Source of the DNA: an uncultured Actinomycetota bacterium | Lineage (GTDB): Bacteria; Actinomycetota; Actinomycetes; Streptosporangiales; Streptosporangiaceae | Assembly: GCA_963739645.1 (NCBI GenBank) | Contig: CAVUBM010000080.1 | Location: 16,862-80,861 of the forward strand | DNA: 64,000 bases | Reading direction: 5' to 3' | In this document: positions 1 to 9,550 of the stretch, piece by piece | Numbering within the stretch: the stretch's first letter is position 1 | Layout of the letters: every line of letters starts with the position of its first letter | The notes under the pieces: generated by a model | What the model saw: the letters and a program-made list of their open reading frames with translations, nothing else | What the model was told of the DNA's origin: nothing | The model's database searches: none | Made by a program: the position numbers and the translations under genes

Positions 1-248
1 ACGGCGGTGGCCCCGGCGGTCGCGGCATCCTGGGCGGCGGAGGCTGAACGGTGGGCGGCGCGGGCTCCTGCTGGGGCGGACCCGCGTCGGCGCGCGCGCG
101 CGGGGTGTACGCTCCCAGCGCACAGAGTGATGTTAAAGCGACGAGGTGGAAGTTTGTGAGGCGCATCGGCGTATCGCCGAACAAGATGCCGCCGCCGCGG
201 AGGTTGTCAAACCTCGCGCGCATTCTGAAGACGTCTTCATCGTGCTCC

Positions 249-397
249 CAGGGGGGCCTTCCCCCCCGCGGCTCGCTTGCGCGACCGCTCCACCCCTCCA
301 CCCCTCCGGGTGTTCCGCAGCGGCTCGGGTGTTCCGCAGCGGCTCGGGTGTTCCGCAGCGGCTCCCCTGCCGCCTTCGGCGGGCTCGCTCCGCTCGC
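249..397 (+). repeat. REP-like GC-rich intergenic element, copy A (lengthened by an internal 19-bp x3 tandem)
   Basis: CAGGGGGGCCTTCCCCCCCGCGGCTCGCTTGCGCGACCGCTCCACCCCTCC...GGGTGTTCCGCAGCGGCTCCCCTGCCGCCTTCGGCGGGCTCGCTCCGCTCGC. A near-identical reverse-complement copy lies at 3958-4058. Contains a GGGGGG-CCTT-CCCCCC hairpin. Sits just 3' of the minus-strand gene ending at 417. Confidence 0.8.
308..364 (+). repeat. Perfect 19-bp tandem triplication GGGTGTTCCGCAGCGGCTC inside REP-like copy A
   Basis: Three head-to-tail identical units read directly (308-326, 327-345, 346-364). Copy B at 3958-4058 has this unit only once. Confidence 0.9.
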
Positions 398-416
398 GGG
401 CGAGTGGAAGCTCCTT

Positions 417-1592
417 CTAATCTCGCCCGGCGTCGTGGATCGACGGAAGCCCGCCGTCCGCCAGTGGCATCGACTCGATCCACGCGCGAATCAGGCCCAC
501 GCCGTTCTGGTCGACGGTCTCCGTCGCGATGGGCGGCATCTGCGTCACGATGCCGCCGGGGCCGCGCCTCGAGATGCGGAGGAACATCTCGCTCTGGTCG
601 GGCTTACCCGGCTCGATGATGTGGAGGTCGGGGAGCACGCTGTTCGGCTGGAGCACCGCGGAGCGGAACGCCGTCGTGTGTTCCACCGTGTCGAGCGCGA
701 TCGTGCTCTCCCAGAGATCGAGCGACACGCGCACCGACACGCTCGAGTTCGGGTTGTGGCAGTGACCGCAGTTCGCGTGCAGGTAGCCGAGCGCCTTTTC
801 CGCGACCGGCGCGCCCGGGATCTGGAAGTTGCCCGCGGGTGGAAGCGTGAGCCGGTTCTCGCTTATCAGATCCGCGAGCTTCATTCCGGGCAGATCGTGC
901 GAGAGCTGGATCGCCGTCACGCCGAGCAGCTTGTCCGGCATGTTGCCGTGGCAAAAATTGCAGTCGCTCTGCTGCGGAATGTCGTGCGGGGTGCCATTGG
1001 CGTTCTGCACGCCGTCCGGCACGGCCAAAGCTTCGGTCTGCTCGTCGTTCCACTGGTAGGCGACCATCGTCCACTCGTCGTCGGCGACCTTGTGCAGGTA
1101 GCGGGTCTCGATCCGCTTTCCGTTCAGGGCGAAGTCCTTCCAGACCTTCGTGCCCACCGGGTACACCCAGAAATCCATGTCGCTCGTGTCGATGGTCTTG
1201 CCCGGCGGCAAATACACCCAGCGGTTCTTCGTCGCGCCGTCTGCCCAGAGGACGTACTTCGGCTGATAAGCGCGCACCCCCGGCGCCGGCGTTTCGTTCT
1301 TCATGTCCACGAAGAGGCCCGTCTCGGACAGCTTCGACGGAAAGCCGTCTACGGGTCCGCTGGCGTCCGGGACGGCGGCAGCGGCAGCATCCGCGTCCGC
1401 AGGAGGAGCTGAAGCGTCGCGGGGCAACGGAGCGGCGGCTCCATCCGACGCGAGAGCGCGGGCCTCCGCTCCCGCGTCGGTCGGCTTGACGACGGGCCCG
1501 CCCTTCGGCGCCGTTGAATCGGAGGAGCAAGCGGAGAGCCAGAGCACCCCGCTCATCAGGAATCCGTGGAGCGAGTGAGAGCGACCGAGCAC
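417..1592 (-). CDS. Lipoprotein with two heme-c binding motifs (CNFCH, CGHCH); function unknown
   Basis: 391-aa ORF. Signal peptide plus lipobox LWLSAC-SSD, an Ala/Asp-rich linker, and two CxxCH motifs. No internal frame breaks. Confidence 0.75.
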   Translation of the reverse strand: MLGRSHSLHGFLMSGVLWLSACSSDSTAPKGGPVVKPTDAGAEARALASDGAAAPLPRDASAPPADADAAAAAVPDASGPVDGFPSKLSETGLFVDMKNETPAPGVRAYQPKYVLWADGATKNRWVYLPPGKTIDTSDMDFWVYPVGTKVWKDFALNGKRIETRYLHKVADDEWTMVAYQWNDEQTEALAVPDGVQNANGTPHDIPQQSDCNFCHGNMPDKLLGVTAIQLSHDLPGMKLADLISENRLTLPPAGNFQIPGAPVAEKALGYLHANCGHCHNPNSSVSVRVSLDLWESTIALDTVEHTTAFRSAVLQPNSVLPDLHIIEPGKPDQSEMFLRISRRGPGGIVTQMPPIATETVDQNGVGLIRAWIESMPLADGGLPSIHDAGRD

Positions 1593-1623
1593 CGGTAACC
1601 GTTATCACGAATCGTGCAACCGC

Positions 1624-1647
1624 CGCGTCTTTCATGTATGAAGCGCG
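1624..1647. promoter_or_regulatory. Imperfect inverted repeat in the divergent promoter region of the two cytochrome genes
   Basis: CGCGTCTTTCAT-GT-ATGAAGCGCG (core TTCAT-GT-ATGAA is perfect). A second small hairpin, GCTCGG-ACAA-CCGAGC, lies at ~1657-1674. Confidence 0.35.
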
Positions 1648-1710
1648 TAGCGGGCACGGCTCGGACAACCGAGCTCGCGAGGGGTCTATTAGGTCCCGGG
1701 AACATCACTC

Positions 1711-2943
1711 ATGCGACGAAACTTCACTTGGACATCATTGGTCATTGGCGGCGTTGTCGCCGGCTTGCTTGCCAACGCGTGCAGCAGCGACAAGAAAGCG
1801 CCGGCGCCGAGCGACGGCGGAACGGGCGGCACGGCAGGCACGGGCACGGGCGGCGCCGGCACGGGCGGCGCGGGCACGGGCGGTACCGTGAATAACGGCG
1901 GCTCCGGAGGCGTTGGTGGCGGTGCAGCAGGTGCTGCGGGCGCTCCGACGGACGGCGGTGACGCGGGCGCGGTAGCGCTCTCGGCGTGCACCGGGGTCAC
2001 CGGAGTGACGGACTCGGTGAGCTGCGGTGAGTACATTGTTCAGCACATCGACGCTTGCGCGGACTGTCACTCGCCGCAGGGTGCGCAGGGCATCGATTAC
2101 TCGAAGGCGCTCCAGGGCAATCCGTCGTTCGCCGACCTGGACGGCATCCCCGGCAACGGCACGGGCAACGTTCCGACGCCGAACCTCACGCTGCTCAAGA
2201 CCGAGGGCTGGACCAAGGCGGACATCAAGGACGCCATCCTGAACGGCAAGCGGTCTGCCGCACGCAATGGCGGGATCTTCCCGATCATGCCGTACTTCGT
2301 GTTCCACAACATGTCGGACTCGGACGCGAACGCCGTGGTGGACTACATCTTCCAGCTCACGCCCATCGGGAACGAGATGACGGATCGGGAACCCCTGCCG
2401 ACTCCGATTTCGCTTTTGCCGCTGCCGATCGCGCCCTTCGATCCGAAGACGCTTCCGGACACCTCGTTGCCGAAAACGGACCCGAACTACGAGAAGGCCG
2501 TTCTCGGCAAGTACATGTCGAGCGAAGTCGGCATTTGCGTCGAGTGTCACAGCGAGCGCGTCCCGCAGACCCAAGCGCTGGACGTCACGAAGCTCTTCGC
2601 GGGCGGCGAGAGCTTCTTCATCGGCGGGCCGTTCGGCACCGTCACCTCCCTGAACATCACGCCCGATCAGTCGGGAATCAAAGGTTGGACCGCCGCGAAC
2701 GTCCAGGCGACGATCCTCACGGGTAAAGACAAGGCCGGCATGAGCCTTTGTCCGCCCATGCCGTTCGGTCCATTGGGCGCCTTCGGCGGCATGGATCCCG
2801 CGCAGGCTCTCGCCATCGGGTATTACCTGACGACGATCCCCGGCGTGAAGAACGGGCTCGCCGACGGCGGCACGTTCCCGATGTGCGTTCCGCCGAGCGG
2901 CCCCCCGCCCGGTGGCCCGGACGCCGGCGACGCGGGTCACTGA
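1711..2943 (+). CDS. Diheme c-type cytochrome lipoprotein
   Basis: 410-aa ORF. Lipobox LLANAC-SSD, a long Gly/Thr/Ala linker (GGTGGTAGTGTGGAGTGG...), and two CxxCH motifs (CADCH, CVECH). Confidence 0.8.
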   Translation: MRRNFTWTSLVIGGVVAGLLANACSSDKKAPAPSDGGTGGTAGTGTGGAGTGGAGTGGTVNNGGSGGVGGGAAGAAGAPTDGGDAGAVALSACTGVTGVTDSVSCGEYIVQHIDACADCHSPQGAQGIDYSKALQGNPSFADLDGIPGNGTGNVPTPNLTLLKTEGWTKADIKDAILNGKRSAARNGGIFPIMPYFVFHNMSDSDANAVVDYIFQLTPIGNEMTDREPLPTPISLLPLPIAPFDPKTLPDTSLPKTDPNYEKAVLGKYMSSEVGICVECHSERVPQTQALDVTKLFAGGESFFIGGPFGTVTSLNITPDQSGIKGWTAANVQATILTGKDKAGMSLCPPMPFGPLGAFGGMDPAQALAIGYYLTTIPGVKNGLADGGTFPMCVPPSGPPPGGPDAGDAGH

Positions 2944-2966
2944 GCTCCGGCTCGATCGAGTGTAGA

Positions 2967-3006
2967 GTGGTCTCCCTCGGCAAGGCCGGGGGAGACCACT
3001 TTTTTT
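2967..3006 (+). terminator. Rho-independent terminator
   Basis: GTGGTCTCCC-tcggcaaggccgg-GGGAGACCAC followed by TTTTTTT, 24 nt after the stop at 2943. Confidence 0.85.
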
Positions 3007-3034
3007 CAGGGCATCCGCAAGGAGCTGACGATCC

Positions 3035-3958
3035 ATGCCTGTTCCGATCGCTTCGGCCCTGGAGGCGCTGCTCGCCCGGGGCGCGCGTCAGGAAAATGAT
3101 CGCAGCGTGTTCGAGGGGGAAAGCCTGGTGCGCTCGGGGGAACGCTTGCCGCCGGGGCTCGAGCTCGAGTGGCTCGGGACGTCGGGGTTTCGCCTGTCGT
3201 ACGAGGGCCACGTCCTCCTCATCGATCCGTACGTGACCCGGCATGGCCTGCGAAAGACCCTGAGCCGTGCGCCGCTCCTGCCCGACGAGCACACGATCGC
3301 CGAGCGAGTTCCCGCCGCGGACGCGATCCTCGTCGGTCACACGCACTTCGATCACGCGCTCGACGTGCCGAAGATCGCGGCGATGCGTGGCAGCACCGTT
3401 TACGGTTCTTCCTCGCTGCGGCAGCTCATGCACGTGTATGGGCTTTCGGAGCGAGCGGTGGTCGTCGAGCCGGGGCGCGTCTACGTGATCGGGCCGTTCG
3501 AGGTGACGTTCGTCGAGTCCGTGCATTCCAAGCTCGTGCTGGGGCTCAAGGTGCTCCACGGCGGCGAGCTCTCGTGCGAGCACCTCGACGGCCTTCGCGG
3601 CTCGGCTTACCGCGCGGGACAGGTCTACGGGATCCACATCGCCGTCGCCGGAAAGACCTTCTATCACCAGGGCAGCGCCAACGTGCTCGACGACCGTGTC
3701 CGGCACCGAGGCGTGGACTATTTCCTCGTCGGCATCGCGGGGCGCGGCTTCACGCCGAAGTACGCGGAGCGGGTGCTCCGCCTCCTCGAGCCGCGACTCG
3801 TCATTCCGCATCACTTCGACGACTTCTTCCGTCCCGTCGGCGGGAAGATGGGATTTTCCCTCAACGTGAACCTGGGCGGCTTCTTCGACGAAGTCCGCGC
3901 CGTCTCGAGTGATTTCGCCGTGCGGACCCTCGCGCCGCTCGAGACCTGGGGGTCATAG
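3035..3958 (+). CDS. Metallo-beta-lactamase-fold hydrolase
   Basis: 307-aa ORF with an HxHxDH motif (VGHTHFDHALD). Intact frame. Confidence 0.75.
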   Translation: MPVPIASALEALLARGARQENDRSVFEGESLVRSGERLPPGLELEWLGTSGFRLSYEGHVLLIDPYVTRHGLRKTLSRAPLLPDEHTIAERVPAADAILVGHTHFDHALDVPKIAAMRGSTVYGSSSLRQLMHVYGLSERAVVVEPGRVYVIGPFEVTFVESVHSKLVLGLKVLHGGELSCEHLDGLRGSAYRAGQVYGIHIAVAGKTFYHQGSANVLDDRVRHRGVDYFLVGIAGRGFTPKYAERVLRLLEPRLVIPHHFDDFFRPVGGKMGFSLNVNLGGFFDEVRAVSSDFAVRTLAPLETWGS

Positions 3959-4058
3959 CGAGCGGAGCGAGCCCGCGAAGGCGGCAGGGGAGCCGCTGCG
4001 GAACACCCGGAGGGGTGGAGCGGTCGCGAAGCGAGCCGCGGGGGGCAAGGCCCCCCTG
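3958..4058 (-). repeat. REP-like GC-rich intergenic element, copy B (inverted relative to copy A)
   Basis: GCGAGCGGAGCGAGCCCGCGAAGGCGGCAGGGGAGCCGCTGCGGAACACCCGGAGGGGTGGAGCGGTCGCGAAGCGAGCCGCGGGGGGCAAGGCCCCCCTG is the reverse complement of copy A with a few substitutions. It starts at the stop codon of the MBL gene. Confidence 0.8.
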
Positions 4059-4152
4059 AGACACAATCCCCGCTTTTGTCGCCTTCGCCTCGAATGGCTG
4101 GAAAGGTCGACCGTCGAAGATTACCGTTCCGGTCGCCGAGGGGCGGCGAACC

Positions 4153-4613
4153 ATGTACGAATTGGAATTGATGCAGGGAAATCAACGCGACGCCGGGTCG
4201 TGTCTGGGACGTGCTCACGACTTTTCGCGACTACGACGAGTGGAATCCCGTCATCACGCGCATGCGCGGGACGCTCACGGCGGGTGCGCCCGTGTCGTTC
4301 GTGATCGCGGTCGGTGGGCGCGAGCTGAAGATCGCCGCAGAGATGGTCCGCGTCGAGCCGGGACTCGAATTGCGCTGGCGCGGGCCGACTTCGTGGCTCG
4401 TTCGCGCGGTTCCTTCAGGGTGAGCATTTCCTCCGCGTGGAACCGTCGGGCACCGCGGCGTCGCGCCTCGTCCACGGTGAGCGCTTCACGGGCGTGTCGC
4501 TGCCACTCATCTGGCGAAAGCTCCGAGGCGACCTCGAAGAGGCGTATGGCAAGATGAATCGCGCCGTGAAAAGCCGCGCGGAGTCGCTCTCGCAGGGGCC
4601 GCGCGCGGCATGA
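4153..4613 (+). pseudogene. SRPBCC (polyketide cyclase/START-like) family gene with two frame breaks as sequenced
   Basis: MYELEL (frame a), then EINATPGRVWDVLTTFRDYDEWNPVITRMRG...LRWRGPTSWL (frame b, in-frame TGA at 4421), then HFLRVEPSGTAASRLVHGERFTGVSLPLIWRKLRGDLEEAYGKMNRAVK (frame c). Ends in an ATGA overlap with the next gene. Confidence 0.7.
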
Positions 4614-5240
4614 GCGAGCGCCCCTTTCTCATCTACGGCGCGAGCGGTTTCACCGGAAAGCTCATCGCGACGCGCGCGAAGGAGCGCGGCCTCTCGCCGA
4701 TTCTCGCGGGGCGCAGCGCCTCGGCGATCGAACCGCTCGCCCGAGCGACTGCGATTTGCCAGTATCGCGTGTTCGGACTCGAGATCCGGAGACGATTCGA
4801 GCCGGGATTCGCGGCGCGGGGCTCGTCCTTCACTGTGCCGGGCCCTTCTCCGCGACGAGTCGACCGATGGTCGATGCGTGTCTCGCGGAGGGCGCGCACT
4901 ACCTCGACATCACCGGCGAGTACGGGGTCCTCGAGGCCGTGCTCGCGAGGGACGCGGAGGCACGCGCGGCCAGGGTCGTGCTGCTTCCGCGGTCGGGTTC
5001 GACGTGGTGCCGACGGATTGCATGGCATTGGCGCTCAAGAATGCGTTGCCCGGGGCCGTTACCTCGAACTCGCCTTCAGCGGCGGCACGCAGCCCAGTCC
5101 AGGAACGGCGAAGACGGCCGTGGAAGGGCTCCACCTGGGCGCATGGTTCGAAGGGATGGGAAGATCACGACGTTGAAGGCACCGCTGCACTCGGCGAGAT
5201 CCCGTTTGCGCACCGCGCCCAGTTCGGGATGTCGCAGCCG
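4610..5240 (+). pseudogene. Saccharopine dehydrogenase-like NAD(P)-binding protein; at least 5 frame breaks and 3'-truncated at the junction
   Basis: MSERPFLIYGASGFTGKLIATRAKERGLSPILAGR; then GAGLVLHCAGPFSATSRPMVDACLAEGAHYLDITGEYGVLEAV; then VGFDVVPTDCMALALKNALPGAV; then LELAFSGGTQPSPGTAKTAVEGL; then RDGKITTLKAPLHSA; then IPFAHRAQFGMSQP. These segments are spread over three frames. No stop and no C-terminal domain before homology ends at ~5240. Confidence 0.7.
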
Positions 5241-6640
5241 CGGGCCGTACCCGCACCGGTCCGGTATGCGGCCGGATCGGCGTGGAGGTGCACATCGCCG
5301 CGTCGGTCGTGGGGTCGTTCGAGCCGTTCAGACCCGGCGAGGTGACGTGGTCGTACCAGCCGTCGGAGTCGTCGTAGGCACGACGATGGCGGTGCTGGAC
5401 CAGTACTTCGACTTCTGGAGGGCGTTGATCTCGCTGACCAGGAAGTGCTGCTCGTCGATCGGGTCGGAGTAGGCGGCGTGGCCGTCCTGGTACTCGGCGG
5501 CCTTGAGGAAGCTGACCGCCGGGAGGTTGCCGGCGGCGAGCGCGGCGTTGAAGTCGGTCAGGTCGTACTTGTGGTTGGCCTGGTCGGTGTGCCCGATCGC
5601 GTCGACCGAGGACGGCGCCAGGTGGTGCGGGTTCGACGTCGACGCGTAGTACTCGAACGGGGAGTGGTGCGGGCTGTAGTCGACGACGGAGGCGCCGCCG
5701 ATGTTGGTGTGGGTCGCGCCGCAGACGGCGTACGTCCCGGCGCCGGCGTGCCCGTGGTGGGCTTGAAGCCGCCCTGGAACCAGCCCCAGGTGACGCCCTG
5801 GCGTTGAGCAGGTCACCGATGTTCTGCCCGCTGACGGCGGCGAGGTTGTTCGCGACGTGTGGTTCTTGTCCGAGCAGTCGTCGTAGGCCGGGTCGGGTCG
5901 TTGATGACCGTGCCGACGCCGTTCGCGTCCGGGGAGACGACGGCGTACGTGTCCGGCGTGGCCGCCTGCGCGCCGGTGAACGGGTCGACGGCGCGGACGC
6001 CGTGGGTCTGGCCGGAGACCAGGTTGAGCGCCCCGGGGTCGACGGGCCGAACGTGGATGCGAAGGAGTTGTCGGACATCGCGTACTGCTGCGCGTAGTTC
6101 CACAGCCCGGTGACGGTGTTGCCGTCGTAGTAGTCCATGGTCAGGCCGGGCGCGCCGTACAGGCCGGTGCAGGTGTCGACGCTGACGTTCTGGACGAACA
6201 GGTCGTTGCGCCGTTGTCCGCGGCCTTCTGCTCCGGCCCGTAGTTGTGGTTCTGGTCGCAGGTCAGCGCCTCGGACGGGCTCAGCCGGGTCGGCGGGTAG
6301 AGGTTCGGGTTGTTCGTCAGCAGGTGACCGGTGAGCAGGTTGTTCGCCTTCGGGGTGTTCGTGGCGGCGTGAACTTGGTGCCCGTCGGTGTTGGCCGCCT
6401 TCGGGTAGGTCCCGAAGTAGTGGTCGAAGGAGACGTTCTCGTCGAAGATCACGACGACGTGCTTGATCGGGGTGGTCGTCGGCGCCGGGAGCGGTTTGGA
6501 CAATGCGTTCGCAGTTCCGGCGCGACGGCAGACGCGGTGCCGGCACCCCCGAAGGCGATGATCGCAGGGCGGCTATGGCTGCGACCACCCGGCCCCTCGG
6601 CCCCGCCCGATGTGTCCCACCGCGGTGTCCTTTCGCTTTC
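5235..6640 (-). pseudogene. Phosphoesterase-family protein (phospholipase C / acid phosphatase AcpA-like); at least 6 frame breaks, C-terminus missing
   Basis: PIKHVVVIFDENVSFDHYFGTYP; DQNHNYGPEQKAADNG; NDLFVQNVSVDTCTGLYGAPGLTMDYYDGNTVTGLWNYAQQYAMSDNSFASTFGPSTPG; ALNLVSGQTHGV; VVDYSPHHSPFEYYASTSNPHHL...SFLKAAEYQDGHAAYSDPIDEQHFLVSEINALQKSKYW; YDDSDGWYDHV; CGYGPRL (reverse complement of 5235-5255). The segments lie in alternating frames. The N-terminal boundary is approximate. Confidence 0.7.
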
Positions 6641-6837
6641 GCCGATCCGGGCGGTGCGGCCGCCACCCGCCTCGATGCCTCGGGGCGGGGGACCCATCCC
6701 GGCGGCGTCGGACGTCGGGTGCGCCGTCCAGGTTGGCGCCGGGGTGGACGGGTGACGGCCGGGTGAACAACTCGCGTCGCAAACCAGTGCAGGCGGAGAG
6801 TTTGTCCGCTTCAACCGATTTCGAGGCGAGTGGGGTA

Positions 6838-8150
6838 TCAGGCCAGCAGCGCGCGGCGTACCAGTCGCTGGGCCCGGTGACGCCGGGCAGCGCGAAGAAG
6901 TAGCCGCCGCCGAACGGGCAGATGTAGTCGACGAGCGGTTCGTCGGCGAGCCGCGTCTGCACGGCTACGAACTGCCGGTCCAGGTCCTGCTGGTAGCAGG
7001 TGAAGATCAGCCCCATGTCGAGGTCGCCGACGGCGTCGATGCCGCGGTCGTAGTTGTAGCCGCGGCGCAGGATCCGGCTGGCGGCGGTCTGCGGCGGTCC
7101 GCGGGTTGGCCAGCCGGATGTGCGCAGTCGAGCGGGATGACGCGCGCCGTCCGGGTCGTGCCGCGTAGTCCGGGATGTCGAACTCGCCGTTGCCGTCGAG
7201 CGGAGCGCCGGTGTCCCGGCGCCGGCCGATCATGCGCTCCTGCTCGGTGATCGAGACCCGGTCCCAGAACTCGACGAGCATCCGGATCACCCGGATCACC
7301 TGGTAGCTGCCGCCCGCCGTCCAGGCGGGCTCGCCCGGCCGCCGGCCGTGACCCACACCAGCTGGTCCATCTGCGGCGGCGTCGCCGGCGTCCGGGTTGG
7401 CGATGCCGTCCTTGAACCCGAGCAGGTTGCGCGGCGTCCCGGCGGGCCGCGGCGGGCTGGCGAAGCCGTCGATCCGCCAGCGCACCTGCATGGCCGCCGC
7501 GGGTGTGCCGGGCGATGTCGCGCAGCGCGTGCAGGACGGTGTCGGTGCTGCCCGCGGCGAGCTGCAGGCTCAGGTCGCCGCCGCACTGGGCCGGGATCGA
7601 GGTCGTCGTCGGGGAACGCGTCCATCGTGCTCGAGCCGGGCGGGCTTGCGGCTGGCCAGGCCGTACCGCTCGTCGAACAGCGAGGCGCCCGACGCCCGAC
7701 GGTGACGGTGAGGCCGTCCGGGCACCACGACCGGCCCGAGCACGCCGGAGTCGGACGGCGGTCCGGTGATCCCGACCGGCGGCGGCGTGCCGCCCGCGGT
7801 CAGGAACCGGGCCCGGTCGGTGAGCGCCCGCAGCAGGTCGGTCAGCTCGCCGCGGTCGTGCGGCGGTCACGTCGAACGAGACGACGACGGCCTGCCGCTG
7901 CGGTGTCGGGCAGGATGCCCGCCTGGTGCGGACCGTGGAACGGCACCGCCGGCAGGCGGCCGGCTGCTGCGGCCGCGGCGGCCGTCGCCTCCGCTGGCGG
8001 GCGGGAGGCCCGCGGCGTATCCGGCGGCGCTGCAGCGGCGGCAGCGCCCGCGTACCCACGGTCGCCGCGCAGGAACGCCGGCGACCGGGTGCCAGCGCGC
8101 TGGCGAGCTGCCGCGCATCGGACGACCTGCGGGTGCTCCGGCGTCGTTCA
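6838..8150 (-). pseudogene. efeB: Dyp-type peroxidase / deferrochelatase EfeB, many frame breaks as sequenced
   Basis: VPFHGPHQAGILPDTPQRQAVVVSFDV; [16 protein letters not shown]; [14 protein letters not shown]...[13 protein letters not shown]; [39 protein letters not shown]; [11 protein letters not shown]; [64 protein letters not shown]. The segments alternate between frames. Confidence 0.75.
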
Positions 8151-9386
8151 TCAGAGCTGCTCCTCGGCTCGAAGATGACGGCGATCGGCGCGAGGACCTG
8201 CAGCGCCTGCTCGCGGCCGAGTCGATCTGCTCGCCGCTGAGCGGTGCCGAGCGTCGCTGACGGGCGTCCAGCCGCCGTCGGGCCGTTGCTCGGCGCCTCG
8301 ACCAGCCGCTGCAGCCGGTCCAGCCAGGTGTAGACGGCGGGAGAGCCCGGTGTACGCGGGTCACCAGCAGCGGCTGCAGGATGGTGCAGCAGCTCCCGGG
8401 TGCCGGTGATGTTGGCGAGCGGTGGTCGCGAGCGTCGTGCCGCTGCCGTAGTCGTCGTGCCCGGTGAGCTGGAACTGCAGCGCGTTCTCCAGGATCTCGT
8501 GGGTGCGCAGGCCGAGGTCGCGCAGGTCGACTTCCTGCATGTGCCGGGAACGCGGCCTGCAGGCCGCTTGACGTGGCCGAGCAGCGTGCGCTGGCCTGGT
8601 CGAGCTGGGCGGCGGACTGGCCGTGCCACAGGCCGTACTCGACCCGGTAGAAGCCGGTGAAGCCGGGATCGTTCACGCCGCCGGGCAGCCCGTCGGGGCG
8701 GCCGTCGATCTCGTCGTCGAAGTCGCCGAACGTCCCGTAGGCGGCGCCGAGCCGCTCGTAGGTCAGGTGCGCGGTCAGCCAGTCCGTCTTGGCCTGCGGC
8801 CAGGTCGCCGTGCCGGACGTCCGCGTCCAGCCTGGCGGTCTGGGTCTCGAGTCGCGCGCAGGCCGACGGTGACGTAGGCGTGGTACACCATGGACGGCGC
8901 GAGCATGTCGTTGTTCGTGACCGGCACGATGCCCGGCTCGCCCTTGACGTGCCCGGGAACCTTGACCGCCGGCCCGCTGAACGGGTCGATGTCGTCGATC
9001 ACGCACCGGAAGGCGTAGGTGCCTGAGCCGAGGCTGACAGCCATGGTGCTGGTGGTGCCAGCGCCGATGCCGTCGAGCGCGCCGTAGATCGCGTAGGTCT
9101 TCGGGTTGACCAGGTAGACCTCGGCGGCGGCGCTGGCCTCGTTGTGGATGCGGAACGTCCGCAGCCCTGGTGCCGCCTGCCAGCGGCCGCAGGCCCCGGT
9201 GGAGACCGTGATCACGCTGCCCGCGGCCCCGGCCGGGTGCGCCGAGCAGGCGGCCAGCACACCGGCGGCCACCAGGCCGGCGGTGAGCCGGGACGCGCGG
9301 TGCGTTAAGGCCGGGAACCGGTGATGGGATGCGCAGGCAGCCGGCTCGCGAGCGGCTCCCGACCTAGCAATCACCGGCGTCCTCAT
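8150..9386 (-). pseudogene. efeO: Iron uptake component EfeO (cupredoxin-like N-domain plus imelysin/M75 domain) lipoprotein, several frame breaks
   Basis: N-terminal lipobox LAACS and cupredoxin-like TFRIHNEASAAAEVYLVNP...GTYAFRCVIDD. Imelysin part WPQAKTDWLTAHLTYERLGAAYGTFGDFDDEIDGRPDGLPGGVNDPGFTGFYRVEYGLWHG. The inferred stop overlaps the efeB ATG (CTGATG). Confidence 0.7.
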
Positions 9387-9550
9387 TGATGGAAGGCTGG
9401 CGCAGAACCCACGAGGACAGACTAGGGATCCACTGCCTCGCTGCGGAATATACTCGCGCGATCCTGCCCAACATTCACGTATCGCTCTCCCGGCGTTCGC
9501 CGCCGCGCCACCCGCGGCGGCGCGCGGGAACCCGCGTCTAAGCTCAGCCC

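Noticed and set aside
308-364. Direct repeats as a possible CRISPR array
   Set aside because: The units are contiguous with no spacers, only 19 bp long, and embedded in a REP-like element. No cas genes are present.
51-1412. Long ORFs antisense to or overlapping recognised genes (for example 51-1412, 604-1668, 9643-11361, 16025-17461, 26364-28250, 36378-38030, 40069-41700, 43636-45177, 47808-49553, 53468-54238)
   Set aside because: In ~70% GC DNA, stop codons are rare in every frame. These translations are Arg/Ala/Gly/Pro-rich low-complexity strings with no family motifs, and each overlaps a gene with clear motifs on the other strand or frame.
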